Assembly (NCBI GenBank): GCA_027310185.1
Contig: DAIDBH010000007.1
Location: forward strand, 13,891 to 77,890
DNA: 64,000 nucleotides
Direction of reading: 5' to 3'
From: Thermoplasmatales archaeon
GTDB lineage: Archaea; Thermoplasmatota; Thermoplasmata; Thermoplasmatales; Thermoplasmataceae
Below the pieces are notes generated by a model that worked only from the letters and a program-made list of their open reading frames with translations, made no database searches and was not told the origin of the DNA. Shown here piece by piece: positions 10,353-20,809 of this stretch. Every line of letters starts with the position of its first letter. Positions within the stretch are counted from its first letter, which is position 1. The translations under genes were made by a program, and so were the position numbers.

Positions 10353-11448
10353 TTCTTCCCTTCTTCCTGTTCCTGTTAAACGACCTGTTGTCCCTGAAAT
10401 TTTCCCTGTGCTCATTCCTGTTCCTGTTCTCATTATTGCGATCTGGCCTCTGGTTCTGTCTCTGGGCAGGTCTCTGTGTTCTCTTCTCCCTGGACTGTGT
10501 ATCATTCACAAACTTTCTTTCCCTTGATGGTTTCTTAACATCCTCTCTTAGATGAATCTCCCTTTCTTTTGGCTGAATGGGTGCTTTTACTGAAGTTCCC
10601 GGTTCCGGGTCTATGAGAACCCTGTCAAGATCCACGATCTTTGTATCAGATATCTGGTTGAATGATGATACCATCTTCCCGGTACCCACAAGCTGTCCTG
10701 ATTCGGATATGAGGGCGACCCTTTCACCTGCCAGGGGTTCACCAATTATTGCCTTGATGCCCCCAGGATACAGATCTGAGCCATGGGCAATAGTTTTCAG
10801 TGTTGAGGCTTTTATTATTACCTTGCTGAACGTCGAAAGTAGGAAATTTGACTGGTACATGGCTGATTTAAGAAGGTGATCCTTTCCCGCCTTTGCCATT
10901 TCTACCCGATCACTCAACTCCTGGAGGGTTATGGCCATTTCTTCCCTGAATGGACCTGTGCCCAATCTTCTCAGATCGGTCATATTACCCTTGGTTCCCA
11001 GATAATATCCTATATCCACACATAGCGTCCTTATGTATGTCCCGGACTGGCATTTCACCTTGAATAATACATCCCTGTTCCTTATCTCCATTATCTCAAT
11101 ACCATAGATCTCCCTTGTCCTGAGTTTCCTTGCTACAGCACTCTTTATGGGTGGCAGCTGGTATATCTCCCCCTTGAAATGCTCAAAGGCATTTCTTATG
11201 GAAATTTCATCTGCATCAGCGTGAAGCTTCAATGTGGCTATATATTCCTTCGGATATTCATGGGCTATGTCCACAAGCCTTACACATTTTCCCAGCGCAA
11301 TAACTAATAGGCCAGTAGCCTGTGGATCCAGTGTTCCAATATGACCTACTCTTTCCACACCGGTAATCTGCCTCATCCAGTAATCTATCTGGTGGCTTGT
11401 TGGGCCCTTGGGTTTATCAATACATATAAAACAGCCTTCTTCAGGCAT
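10336..11448 (-). CDS. cbf5: H/ACA RNA-guided pseudouridine synthase Cbf5 (TruB family)
   Basis: IDKPKGPTSHQ, GHIGTLDP, SGTYIRTLC, PUA domain; likely start MPEEG. Confidence 0.95.
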   Translation of the reverse strand: MPEEGCFICIDKPKGPTSHQIDYWMRQITGVERVGHIGTLDPQATGLLVIALGKCVRLVDIAHEYPKEYIATLKLHADADEISIRNAFEHFKGEIYQLPPIKSAVARKLRTREIYGIEIMEIRNRDVLFKVKCQSGTYIRTLCVDIGYYLGTKGNMTDLRRLGTGPFREEMAITLQELSDRVEMAKAGKDHLLKSAMYQSNFLLSTFSKVIIKASTLKTIAHGSDLYPGGIKAIIGEPLAGERVALISESGQLVGTGKMVSSFNQISDTKIVDLDRVLIDPEPGTSVKAPIQPKEREIHLREDVKKPSRERKFVNDTQSREKRTQRPAQRQNQRPDRNNENRNRNEHRENFRDNRSFNRNRKKGRNDRKN

Positions 11449-11968
11449 TGGAAAAGACCATTCGGTAGATTTCATTTGCGATTTCATCAGCACTTCCTTT
11501 CTCTGTATCTATAACAACATCATATATGCTTTTATCTTCCATCAGGAAACCGAAATATTCCCTGAACCTGAAATTCTCAGATTCTTCCCGCATTACTACC
11601 TTTTCTGCTATGTTCCTGTTATTTTCCCTGATACTCACCCTGCCGATCCTCACTTCCCTTGATGCATCAAGGAATACCCTGAATGCAGGTATCCCTGCAG
11701 AATAGGATATCCAGCCTGCAAGCCTGGATTCTACTATTATATCATCGTGATCTTTTAAGAAATCCCTGATCATGTTATTCAGTGTGACATCGGTCCTGCT
11801 GTCCTTTTCTGCCATAATATTCATTTCTTCAAGACTTACATGCATCTCTTCTGACATCCGCCGGAAAAAATAACCGCCTGAATAAACCTGATATGATGTG
11901 AGACTGGATAAAATTTTTGAAACGGTTGTCTTGCCACTGCCTATGTGGCCACTTACCGTAATTCTCAT
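11441..11968 (-). CDS. cmk: Cytidylate kinase
   Basis: ITVSGHIGSGKTTV, ESRLAGW; conserved position after DUF106. Confidence 0.92.
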   Translation of the reverse strand: MRITVSGHIGSGKTTVSKILSSLTSYQVYSGGYFFRRMSEEMHVSLEEMNIMAEKDSRTDVTLNNMIRDFLKDHDDIIVESRLAGWISYSAGIPAFRVFLDASREVRIGRVSIRENNRNIAEKVVMREESENFRFREYFGFLMEDKSIYDVVIDTEKGSADEIANEIYRMVFSNA

Positions 11969-12675
11969 TGTATGGTCAATCCTTCAGATGGATTCATTCC
12001 TTCATATTTTCTGAGCTGGTATGAAAAGTCGATGTATTTTATTACCATCGTAATCAGGTACCCGACCACCATGTTTGAAATGAAGGATATTACGATCCAG
12101 CTTGGGAAAAATCCAATAACTGAATTCAGGTTGACATTGGATGCCCATGGAAATGAAACATAGGGAAAGGAAAGATGGGCCAGGAAGAAGTATAACCAGA
12201 CAAATATAAGCAGCGTAAACATAGACAATATGATGAGCGGTGCAGTGCTGCTCATCTGAACCATCTGCTGATCCATCATGCTTTCCTGCTGCATCTTCCT
12301 CAACTTATTCACCTTATCCCTGTCGTTTGACCTGAAGGCCTCATTCTGAGCTTTCCTGAAAGCCTGTGCCCTGTTCTGTGCCTTCCCGATCTTCAACCAG
12401 TCAGTGAAGAAATATCTGGGAATACCGCTCACTATACCCGTCAATATTCCTGACAGGGCAATGGTAAATACGGGATAATTATAATTGAACCCTATGAGTG
12501 GGCCAAGTGCAAACTGGAACACGCCGCCAATGGCATCCCTTATGGCCGTAACGTAAATTATGACGATACTGAAAATGAACATCAGGAAGTACATTCCCTG
12601 GAATTTTAGCATCTTCTTCTGCATCTCTTTCTGTCTGGCCATTCTCTCCATATTTGGATCCTTCACTTCTGTCAT
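11965..12675 (-). CDS. DUF106 / Oxa1-superfamily (EMC3/TMCO1-like) membrane protein
   Basis: TM-coiled coil-TM architecture; conserved between adk and cmk. Confidence 0.85.
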   Translation of the reverse strand: MTEVKDPNMERMARQKEMQKKMLKFQGMYFLMFIFSIVIIYVTAIRDAIGGVFQFALGPLIGFNYNYPVFTIALSGILTGIVSGIPRYFFTDWLKIGKAQNRAQAFRKAQNEAFRSNDRDKVNKLRKMQQESMMDQQMVQMSSTAPLIILSMFTLLIFVWLYFFLAHLSFPYVSFPWASNVNLNSVIGFFPSWIVISFISNMVVGYLITMVIKYIDFSYQLRKYEGMNPSEGLTIQ

Positions 12676-13220
12676 TTTGTTAACCTCTCCACAATTTTTT
12701 CTGCAACCTGATCGGCCAAGCCTGGGAGATTATTGATAAAGGAAACTGTTGCACCTGTATATACAGAATATGAAACTGCAAATGACCTGTTTACAGACTG
12801 ATGGGTCGTTATATCATCGATGGTCTCCTCATCTCTCGTTCTGCTTGGATCGTTATTCCTCCTCTTTCTTATTTCTTCTGGGTCAGCTTCCAGAAGAAAG
12901 AATGCACTTACCTTGAGTTCCCTGATCACCCATTCTGGCAATCCCGGAAGGAAACCTCTTGGACCCTTTATGGCCATGTGTGTATCAATAATAACATCTT
13001 CAATCCTTCCGATTGCTGATGCAGCCTTCTTTTGAAGATTAATCTGTGTATCTACACTGAGTTTCCTAATTTCGTCGCGCGATTCAACGAGCTTGATTTC
13101 CTTTGCCATTTCAAACATGAGAGTTCCAAAATTGATTATGTCGTAGCTTGTCAGCTTCTCAACAGATTTCAATACTGTCGACTTGCCAACACCTGCAACA
13201 CCAGCAATTACGACCCTCAT
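12672..13220 (-). CDS. adkA: Archaeal adenylate kinase
   Basis: GVAGVGKST, NFGTLM, DTH, GFLPGLP. Confidence 0.95.
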   Translation of the reverse strand: MRVVIAGVAGVGKSTVLKSVEKLTSYDIINFGTLMFEMAKEIKLVESRDEIRKLSVDTQINLQKKAASAIGRIEDVIIDTHMAIKGPRGFLPGLPEWVIRELKVSAFFLLEADPEEIRKRRNNDPSRTRDEETIDDITTHQSVNRSFAVSYSVYTGATVSFINNLPGLADQVAEKIVERLTK

Positions 13221-13221
13221 T

Positions 13222-15009
13222 CTACGCCCCCGAGAAGAACTGCCTGATCAGCGGATGCATCTCCATCATCTGTTCCCTTCCCATTGCCTCGTAGAACTGG
13301 ATCACTATACCTACGGCCAGCAGCAGTCCTGTTCCCGATGTCTGACCCACCGTTCCTATCAGGTCTGCCGACGCAGCCAGTAAACCAACTGCAGCTCCAC
13401 TGAATACAGTGATTACGGGAATGTATTTCTTAAGGACCCTTTCAAGGATCTTCGGATCTCTCCTGAAACCCGGAATCTGCATCCCGGATGATATGATCTG
13501 TTTTGCAACAGCTGACGGACCCATGTTTGTTGTTTCTATCCAGAACTTTGCAAACAGTATACTTGCTCCTGTCATGAATCCCAGAAAGACAACAATGTGT
13601 ATGACCTCCTCCCATGCCGTGTGATTAAATAACACGGTTGGACCGTATACCGCTGGCTGCAGTATGGGGAATAACCAATCCGCAAGACCGTTCGGCGTGT
13701 AGAGATAGAATGCCAGTCCTCCTGTTGGCTGTGATGAGGATACATTCAACACGGATGCCGCAGAAGGTGTTAGATATGACCCAAGCAGGGGATTATGCCC
13801 CAGAAGGGGAATATGAGACAGGGCCGGACTACTCCAGAACAGCAATGTCCACATTGACACGTTTGCCAGCAGGGCCGTAGCCAGGATGACAGGTATGTTT
13901 GATGCATAAAAGAGCTGAAGTGGGTATCTTCCCCTGGCACCCCTGACCCTTTCATGTGCAATGGGAAGCTCCACCTTGCTACTCTGGAAGAATGCAACTA
14001 TGAAGAATATTAACAGCGTTCCTATGAGCGCGATTATGGGATTTGGTGGAGAGAATAAAAGCCTGGGAATCCCAAGAGAACTCTGAAGATATGAGGCTGA
14101 ACCGAATATTGAAGTATATATTATATTTGGAATTGTTCCTACCGGTGGGTTATTCAGGGCCGCTGTTGTAGAAAGAGCATATGGCAATGATGTATTTACA
14201 GGAGCCCAGTTAAATGCCCCGGTAAATAGCTGTTGTGATACACCTGCAGCAATGAAGAGTGATATTCCTGAACCTATGCCATACTTGGATACAAGTTCAT
14301 CCATGAGGAATACGAGGTAGGAACCGAAGAATAACTGGGCAACAATTATGGATTCTGATAGGAAATAACCATAACCTGGAGCCATGCTGTTAAGAGATGT
14401 TATCAGAGCAGGATCTGGAACCAGATAACCGAATGCCTGAGGAATTGCCTCCACAAAGATCATCAATATGACTATTAATTTTTGAACACCCTGGTATATT
14501 GCCTTGTCATCGGAATTTGTGAGATCTATGTTGAATATCTTGGCACCGGCAAATAGCTGCATAACTATACTTGCAGTTACGATTGGACCTATTCCAAGAT
14601 CCATGAGCGATCCTTCAGCACCGGCAAATATTGCCCTGAATGATGCGAAGACATCAACAGTTTTACTCTGGTCCAGACCATATATGTATATGTTTGTTAA
14701 AACGAAATATAAGACTACGACAACAAATGTCCATAGCAATTTGTACTTGAACTGTACGTGGCCCTTGGCTTTCTTGACCGCAGGAAGTTTAGCGGTAAGG
14801 TTCTCCAGACCGTATAACTTGGACTTTTTTGGTCCCTTATAACTCAAAACCAGATATAATATAGCAAATAACGGAGCTAACAGCACCGCAGCTATTAATA
14901 ACTGGGGGAGTGGCAATTTACTGAAATACCAGAACCCGACAACAACCAGAGCATATAGGATTATTGTCGGGATACTGGATGCTTTATTCCGGTCTATCTG
15001 TTTGCTCAT
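13222..15009 (-). CDS. secY: Preprotein translocase subunit SecY
   Basis: GSLMDLGIGPIVTASIVMQL, YASNIPVIL, IPGFRRD; N-terminal extension. Confidence 0.97.
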   Translation of the reverse strand: MSKQIDRNKASSIPTIILYALVVVGFWYFSKLPLPQLLIAAVLLAPLFAILYLVLSYKGPKKSKLYGLENLTAKLPAVKKAKGHVQFKYKLLWTFVVVVLYFVLTNIYIYGLDQSKTVDVFASFRAIFAGAEGSLMDLGIGPIVTASIVMQLFAGAKIFNIDLTNSDDKAIYQGVQKLIVILMIFVEAIPQAFGYLVPDPALITSLNSMAPGYGYFLSESIIVAQLFFGSYLVFLMDELVSKYGIGSGISLFIAAGVSQQLFTGAFNWAPVNTSLPYALSTTAALNNPPVGTIPNIIYTSIFGSASYLQSSLGIPRLLFSPPNPIIALIGTLLIFFIVAFFQSSKVELPIAHERVRGARGRYPLQLFYASNIPVILATALLANVSMWTLLFWSSPALSHIPLLGHNPLLGSYLTPSAASVLNVSSSQPTGGLAFYLYTPNGLADWLFPILQPAVYGPTVLFNHTAWEEVIHIVVFLGFMTGASILFAKFWIETTNMGPSAVAKQIISSGMQIPGFRRDPKILERVLKKYIPVITVFSGAAVGLLAASADLIGTVGQTSGTGLLLAVGIVIQFYEAMGREQMMEMHPLIRQFFSGA

Positions 15010-15427
15010 CTACTTCTACCGATACCCCTGTAACGATAAGCTTATTTATGCATCTTTCGGTTGTTTTTGGCACAATGATCTTGGATTTTACCCTGAAATC
15101 TCCTGTTGAAAGAAGCTTTGTATACCCTGCAGCCTTAAGATCTACAATTATCTCTCCATTTTCATCCCTGACGAATCCCTTTGACTTGAATATCTCCATT
15201 GATTCTGCCAGTTCCTTCAGGGTAATTGGTATCTCAAGCTTTCCCTGTTTGTGACTCTTGAATCCATGGACACCGAAGTGGTTCGGATCATACTTGATGA
15301 CAAGCTGGGTCCTGTGCTTTCCCAGTCCTGCCAGACCTGATCCTCCTCTCTTTCCCTTACCTCTTCCGGATTTGAAACCTCTTCCATACCTTCCTCCTCT
15401 CTGTTTCTTGGTCTTAGTTCGTACCAT
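14984..15427 (-). CDS. rpl15: 50S ribosomal protein L15
   Basis: RGKGKRGGSGLAG; operon position. Confidence 0.95.
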   Translation of the reverse strand: MVRTKTKKQRGGRYGRGFKSGRGKGKRGGSGLAGLGKHRTQLVIKYDPNHFGVHGFKSHKQGKLEIPITLKELAESMEIFKSKGFVRDENGEIIVDLKAAGYTKLLSTGDFRVKSKIIVPKTTERCINKLIVTGVSVEVDEQTDRPE

Positions 15428-15914
15428 CTACTTTCACCCCCGGAATTAACATTCTTCTTATTAAATGATTTATCTCAGAACCCCTGTACCCAAGTGTTCC
15501 ATCCTTCTTGTACTGTAACCTGATGTACTCATATCCTCCCTTAGGTGGATGCATCCTCAGAACAGGGATTATTCCAGGTATATCTGAAAATTTCAGTTTA
15601 CCTTCCATCATTTCCTGAGCAAGGTGACTGAAGCTTTCTATACCCATATTTTCCTGGACATATTCTTCTGTCAGTGGTTTTCTTCCTTCCAGAAGCGCTC
15701 TTGTTTTAAGTACTTCTATCAGGGTCTCCTTGTCTATCTCACCCCATGTTATGTAATCCTTTGCGGTCTGTAGCATTCCCTGAAGAGTTTCTGACTCGTT
15801 GATCAGTGCCATATGATTGATGTGATGAAGCCTCATCAATGAACAGGATTTGGCTGCCTGTGGCCTTATGCCTGAAGTTCCTCTTACCCTAATTACTGCC
15901 AGCATTTGCAACAC
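15414..15914 (-). CDS. rpl30: 50S ribosomal protein L30
   Basis: AVIRVRG, KDYITWGE, RMHPPKGG, LGYRG. Confidence 0.95.
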   Translation of the reverse strand: MLQMLAVIRVRGTSGIRPQAAKSCSLMRLHHINHMALINESETLQGMLQTAKDYITWGEIDKETLIEVLKTRALLEGRKPLTEEYVQENMGIESFSHLAQEMMEGKLKFSDIPGIIPVLRMHPPKGGYEYIRLQYKKDGTLGYRGSEINHLIRRMLIPGVKVDGTN

Positions 15915-16551
15915 TCCCCTTGTATATAGGTGTACTCAAGACTATGCTCGGGTTTATCCTCATCTCTATGGTTTGCTTCAGGGCAGCGAATGTGGCTTCA
16001 GCATAATTTACTGTCGTCTTTGTATGACCCTTTGCAAAACCCCATGCATCCTCTATTCCAGCCATTCTCAGAATTGTCTTTGCGACATCTCCTGTAGCTC
16101 TACCCACTCCCTGAGGTGAAGGCTTTATTCTTACCGTTACCGAGCCTACGTGTCCTGTTACCTGAAATGGTACTGTATGTGCCCTTCCACAGCCACATTC
16201 CCACGATCCACAGCCCCTTCGTATCTCCACAATGTTCAATTTAGCGTTATTTATGGCCTTCCTTATGGCGGGTGCAGCTTCTTTAGCCTTCCCTCTACCA
16301 AGCCCAACAAATCCGTCTTCGTTACCAACGACCGCAGTTATTGAATAATTCATTCTCCTGCCTGAATCAGTCATTCTCTGAGCCCGCTCTATATAGATTA
16401 TTTCATCCTTCAGCTCCGGCATCAGTATATCAACGATCTGATACTCTCTCAGTGGGAGTTTCATCTTCAATGCCTCTGACATTGACTTAATTTCTCCTGA
16501 AGCAACTAACTTTCCAAGTTCTGTCTTCGGAGTCCACTGTTCACCTTCCAT
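15889..16551 (-). CDS. rps5: 30S ribosomal protein S5
   Basis: WTPKTELG, QRMTDSGRR, RRGCGSWEC. Confidence 0.97.
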   Translation of the reverse strand: MEGEQWTPKTELGKLVASGEIKSMSEALKMKLPLREYQIVDILMPELKDEIIYIERAQRMTDSGRRMNYSITAVVGNEDGFVGLGRGKAKEAAPAIRKAINNAKLNIVEIRRGCGSWECGCGRAHTVPFQVTGHVGSVTVRIKPSPQGVGRATGDVAKTILRMAGIEDAWGFAKGHTKTTVNYAEATFAALKQTIEMRINPSIVLSTPIYKGSVANAGSN

Positions 16552-16552
16552 C

Positions 16553-17047
16553 TTAGTTCACCTTTTCATCTATCTTCTTCTTCATTTCATCCAGCTTGAC
16601 CGGGTGTTTAACATGCTTTCCCTCCAGTCTTTCCTTGGAAGGGAATATTTCTTCAGAGCATGGAACTTCTACACCGGAGTCCGTAAATCCTTTAAGGACT
16701 GCTGATATTCTTCCACCCCTTACCAGATCGAAACGTCCTATGTCCAGAATGGCGTAATCTATATCTTTTTTCTTGACAGTCTTGCCAAGATAATATCCTG
16801 CCAGATAGCAGGATTGCGTATTGTTACCCTTTATGCCCGCAACTTTTTCCATTACCCTCGATGTCACCGTTCCTCTTATTACGTCTCCCTCGGGATCGTA
16901 CTCTGCAACCTGTGCAGTAAATCCCTTACCTGAAACCCTGACAACCAGTCTCGGGCTCTCAGACTTGAGCAGACTGAGTCTTTTCCTGTAATCTGTTACT
17001 CCTTCCTTCTTTCTTTTTAATAATGTTGGTGTCTTCATTTCACTCAC
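16553..17047 (-). CDS. rpl18: 50S ribosomal protein L18
   Basis: EGVTDYRKRL..L.S, PRLVVR. Confidence 0.95.
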   Translation of the reverse strand: MSEMKTPTLLKRKKEGVTDYRKRLSLLKSESPRLVVRVSGKGFTAQVAEYDPEGDVIRGTVTSRVMEKVAGIKGNNTQSCYLAGYYLGKTVKKKDIDYAILDIGRFDLVRGGRISAVLKGFTDSGVEVPCSEEIFPSKERLEGKHVKHPVKLDEMKKKIDEKVN

Positions 17048-17489
17048 CTAACAACCCTGCAAGTCTTATCTGTGATCTCAACTGTGCTCTGGACTTGATT
17101 GTGCCTCCCTTTACTATCCTGTAATATTTCCTGTATGTTTTAGCGTCAATCTTGTTCTCACTTTTCAGAGTTCTCAGTTCATCCCTCAGTGCTCTAATCG
17201 TCTTGATCCATCTTCTCTTCCTTGGAAATCTTGCGTTCCTGGTTCCTCTTACAGATCCGGGTCCCCTTCTTCTTTCCTTGGAAAGCTGTTTCAGTCTCTT
17301 CTTGAACCTTGCATTGGAATTGCCTTTCTTCGGCTTTGCCTGTATGACATGTTTCTCCATGAGGTTTCTAACATCTTCCCTGGTGGCTGCTTCCTGCACC
17401 AGGGTGAGACTGTCCATGTCTATCCATATCCTTGATACGCCTGACTTGTATTCATCAGCCGCTATCCTCTTAGCTGTTTCTACTCTCAT
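17040..17489 (-). CDS. rpl19e: 50S ribosomal protein L19e
   Basis: RRGPGSVRG, WIKTIRALR. Confidence 0.96.
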   Translation of the reverse strand: MRVETAKRIAADEYKSGVSRIWIDMDSLTLVQEAATREDVRNLMEKHVIQAKPKKGNSNARFKKRLKQLSKERRRGPGSVRGTRNARFPRKRRWIKTIRALRDELRTLKSENKIDAKTYRKYYRIVKGGTIKSRAQLRSQIRLAGLLGE

Positions 17490-17900
17490 CTACTGCACCT
17501 TCCTGTTCAACACTCTGATTCCAAGCTCATCAGCTCTTCCTTCGAGGACTTCCCTCTTCTTCAGTCCAACTGTTGATGAGATCCTTGCTGCTTCCCTTTC
17601 AGGATTCAGCGCTTCTATCTCCTTCAGGTTGTGCACCAGAACTTCCATGAATCCAGATGGGTGGAGATATCTTACAGCCTTTGGTCCCCTGTAACCTATA
17701 TCAACGACAGGTGGTCTTCTAGCAAGGTGCTCCCTCATCTTAGAATGGTAACCCCTTGGTTTTCGATACTCCTCTCCAAACTTCTTGTATCGGAACCATT
17801 CCTGTCTCCTGAATTCAACCCTTTTTCTCGCCTGTTCATTCTTCTGTTTCAGCAACTTTTTCTGATCTTTTGTAAGATTTGGTTTTAATGAAGATGCCAT
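17490..17900 (-). CDS. rpl32e: 50S ribosomal protein L32e
   Basis: FRRQEW, RKPRG.HSKMR, LHPSG. Confidence 0.96.
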   Translation of the reverse strand: MASSLKPNLTKDQKKLLKQKNEQARKRVEFRRQEWFRYKKFGEEYRKPRGYHSKMREHLARRPPVVDIGYRGPKAVRYLHPSGFMEVLVHNLKEIEALNPEREAARISSTVGLKKREVLEGRADELGIRVLNRKVQ

Positions 17901-18442
17901 TATTCTTCAGCCTCCGTTTCAATTGGGAAAATTCCATCCTGGAATATTCTCAGGTCGAATCCCCTTATCTTGGTTGCCCTTTCGATGTTTGAGCAGGTTT
18001 CGCCTATTTCTCTTTTGTCAATTCCCGTCAGTGTAATTCTGTCCCCCTTTATAGCAACCTTAGTGGCTCCTATGATCTTTGCTTCCCTCGGACTCCTCTC
18101 TCCGAGGAAATTCTCAACGAGAAGCACTGAACCCCTTACAGATACCCTTGTTGGGAAATGCGTGTAATCTACCTTCATTGTGTAAGTGAACCCTTCCTGT
18201 ACCCCCTTGAAGGTATTTTTCACTTCTGATCTCCAGGTACCTGAAACCGCCCTTGTGTATCTGTTGTCCTTTGATTTCTCTATGATGACTGAACCGTCTT
18301 TCACCAGTACTCTCACATAGTTATCAGCAAAGTTCCTGGTAACCTTTCCAAGCTTACCTGAGACTTCAAGAACTCCATCCTTCATTTCTGCCTTTACTCC
18401 GGATGGTATTTTCAATTTTTCTGATTCTTTCCAATTAATCAT
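17900..18442 (-). CDS. rpl6: 50S ribosomal protein L6
   Basis: [19 protein letters not shown]. Confidence 0.96.
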   Translation of the reverse strand: MINWKESEKLKIPSGVKAEMKDGVLEVSGKLGKVTRNFADNYVRVLVKDGSVIIEKSKDNRYTRAVSGTWRSEVKNTFKGVQEGFTYTMKVDYTHFPTRVSVRGSVLLVENFLGERSPREAKIIGATKVAIKGDRITLTGIDKREIGETCSNIERATKIRGFDLRIFQDGIFPIETEAEE

Positions 18443-18452
18443 TTTCTTTCAC

Positions 18453-18842
18453 CTAATATATGTAAGCGAGAAGTTTTCCTCCCAGCCCGTGTTTTCTGGC
18501 TTCTACATGACTCATTACACCCTTTGTGGTTGTCACTATCAGAATACCAAAATCCTGGGCAGGCAAGTATCTGGATTCGAAGGTATCAAGGTTGACTTTC
18601 TTCACAGAGTATCTTGGCTTTATGGTCCCACAGTTATTGATGGTACTGTTGAGCTTGATCTTGAATTTGCCTCCCTGACCATCCTCGATTACCTCAAAGC
18701 TGGTAATGTAATTGTAATCCTGCATTACCTTGAGGACTCTTCCTATCATCCTGGCTGCCGGTCCAACCTCGATCTCTCTCCTGCCTATGCTCGAAGCGTT
18801 CTTTATTGTGTTTATTATATCATTTAATGGATCATGTCTCAT
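18453..18842 (-). CDS. rps8: 30S ribosomal protein S8
   Basis: DPLND, IKPRY, YLPAQDFG, GGKLLAYIY. Confidence 0.97.
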   Translation of the reverse strand: MRHDPLNDIINTIKNASSIGRREIEVGPAARMIGRVLKVMQDYNYITSFEVIEDGQGGKFKIKLNSTINNCGTIKPRYSVKKVNLDTFESRYLPAQDFGILIVTTTKGVMSHVEARKHGLGGKLLAYIY

Positions 18843-18851
18843 GTCATCACC

Positions 18852-19013
18852 TTAACTGTACTTCTTAAATCCAATGGCTGGAGCAGTTTCTCTGAAACAC
18901 TGTCTGCACATTCTGATTCCGTATCTTCTGACCATTCCTCTCTTCCTTCCACATCTCACACAACCCTCAACTCTTCCGAATTTCTTGGTTGGTCTAAGAA
19001 TTAAATTTGTCAT
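18852..19013 (-). CDS. rps14: 30S ribosomal protein S14 (zinc-binding)
   Basis: Not in ORF track; hand translation [53 protein letters not shown]. Confidence 0.96.
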   Translation of the reverse strand: MTNLILRPTKKFGRVEGCVRCGRKRGMVRRYGIRMCRQCFRETAPAIGFKKYS

Positions 19014-19534
19014 TAATTGATCACCTCTACCTCAAATTTTTCCTTTAGAAACTTTAGTGTTTCTTCCTTTGTTATGAATAATTTTGATGAAAGGTTCTGT
19101 TTCCTGATATTTCTCTTGGAGTTTCTGAATCCACCCTTCCTCTTCAGTACGACAGCCACATCCATGCCAAATATACCTATTTCCGGGTCATATTTCATTC
19201 CCTTGAAATCGGTGTATTCTGAAACCCCGAAATATGCATTGCCCTGCTTATCTACAGAGTAGTGTGGGAATTTGTATTCTCTTGCATACAGTGCTTCTTT
19301 CAGGAATTTTTCGGCATCTGCTTTTCTCAGGGTTACCTTTGCGCCTATGGTTAATCCTTTTCTGAGATTGAATTCTCTGACAGTTTTCTTCGATGTTGTA
19401 AGTACGGGCTTGTGACCTGTGAGCATCTCTATTACCTTCACAGCCTTGTTCAATCTGTCTCCAGCCTGACCTACGCCTATATTGACAACCACCTTATCTA
19501 TGGTGATTTCCCTCATCGGGTTATCTGAATTCAC
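19013..19534 (-). CDS. rpl5: 50S ribosomal protein L5
   Basis: [27 protein letters not shown]. Confidence 0.97.
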   Translation of the reverse strand: MNSDNPMREITIDKVVVNIGVGQAGDRLNKAVKVIEMLTGHKPVLTTSKKTVREFNLRKGLTIGAKVTLRKADAEKFLKEALYAREYKFPHYSVDKQGNAYFGVSEYTDFKGMKYDPEIGIFGMDVAVVLKRKGGFRNSKRNIRKQNLSSKLFITKEETLKFLKEKFEVEVIN

Positions 19535-20244
19535 TGGCTTTCACCCCCAACGATTTCTGCGCTGTTGAACTTAAGGTTTCCAATTGGGAACACATATTCC
19601 TCGATAGTTGCAAATCCTTCCTCCATTGAAATAAGGTTTGACTGGGATGACTTGCTTACCTCTATAGATTTCACTGTAGCAATTGATCCAACGTGATTTC
19701 CTCCTGTGAGGAATACCTTGGAGCCTTCCTGGAGTTTTATTGTTCCATCTATCTTCTTGTCCTTGACATTGTATAGAACGACATCACCAGTAGATATGCC
19801 CTTGTTCTCACTGACAAAGGTATATCCATCATGGCAGGCAATCATTGTCTTTCCCCCCTTGATAGTAAATTTGTTGAGAACCTTCTTTGGTTTTACGTTT
19901 GCATTCTCCTCCTTTTCAGGGACAGGGGTTAATCTTCCAAGTTTATCGTATACAATCCTGTAACTCTTCTTCAATTCCGGTATCGTGATAAGGTCCATGA
20001 AGCCGGCGGGATATTTCTTTTCCTTTATGGCTTTTCCATCCACCATCACGAATTTATTATTCAGCAGTCTTGTGATTTCTCTCTCCTTGTCTCCAAGGGA
20101 TAGGTAATCTCTCAATACATGTAACATTGGTACAGATGCATTTCTTCTATGCGGTCCAGGCATTGAGGTTGCTCCCCAGAAGTATTTCTTCCTCGGTATC
20201 TTTACAACCCTGGGTATCATCTGCCTCTTAGTTTTATTTATCAT
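19531..20244 (-). CDS. rps4e: 30S ribosomal protein S4e
   Basis: PGPH, YPAGFMDLI, TGGNHVG. Confidence 0.96.
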   Translation of the reverse strand: MINKTKRQMIPRVVKIPRKKYFWGATSMPGPHRRNASVPMLHVLRDYLSLGDKEREITRLLNNKFVMVDGKAIKEKKYPAGFMDLITIPELKKSYRIVYDKLGRLTPVPEKEENANVKPKKVLNKFTIKGGKTMIACHDGYTFVSENKGISTGDVVLYNVKDKKIDGTIKLQEGSKVFLTGGNHVGSIATVKSIEVSKSSQSNLISMEEGFATIEEYVFPIGNLKFNSAEIVGGESQ

Positions 20245-20804
20245 TCCTGTTCATCTCCTTCATCTTCTTCTGGATCTTTTTGCTCATCCTCTTCTTTTCC
20301 CTCGTTTTCCTCTTCAGGCAACTCCTCTTCACTGGAGTCTTCCGACACTTCAGTCTTCTCTTCACCCGCTTCATCAGTTACTTTTTCGGTATCTGCCTCA
20401 GTGTTTTCGTCCTGCGTCTGCTCAACGTCTTCCTGAGCCTCTGGCTCATTCTTTGTTGAGTATTCCTCAAGTACCTGATCGTTGAGTACAATATTCTTCA
20501 TCGCTGCAAGTTCCCTTATTCTTTCTGACCTTTCTTCCATGTTGAGGTCAAGCTTTGTTATTTCAATCTTTTCTGGCTGTATGGGGAATGACTTCTCCTT
20601 CCCATCGGCCTTAGCAATATTTATCCCATCTATTATGACAAGTGAGTGCCTGTGATCAACTGATGAAACTTTTCCACCTTCTCCTCTCCTGCTTCCCTTG
20701 ATTATCTTGACTATGTCTCCCCTCATTATTGGAAACTGCCTGATTCCCAGTTTTTTCCTGAGGTCTTTTTCCAGAGTTACCTTTACCTTATTCATCATCT
20801 TCAT
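20241..20804 (-). CDS. rpl24: 50S ribosomal protein L24 with long acidic tail
   Basis: KOW motif RGDIVKIIKG; operon position; start at 20804 preceded by GGTGA. Confidence 0.93.
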   Translation of the reverse strand: MKMMNKVKVTLEKDLRKKLGIRQFPIMRGDIVKIIKGSRRGEGGKVSSVDHRHSLVIIDGINIAKADGKEKSFPIQPEKIEITKLDLNMEERSERIRELAAMKNIVLNDQVLEEYSTKNEPEAQEDVEQTQDENTEADTEKVTDEAGEEKTEVSEDSSEEELPEEENEGKEEDEQKDPEEDEGDEQE

Positions 20805-20809
20805 TTCAC

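Noticed and set aside
10353-10505. N-terminal extension of the Nop5 ORF in the track
   Set aside because: Overlaps the Cbf5 tail in another frame; ATG at 10352 is the more plausible start
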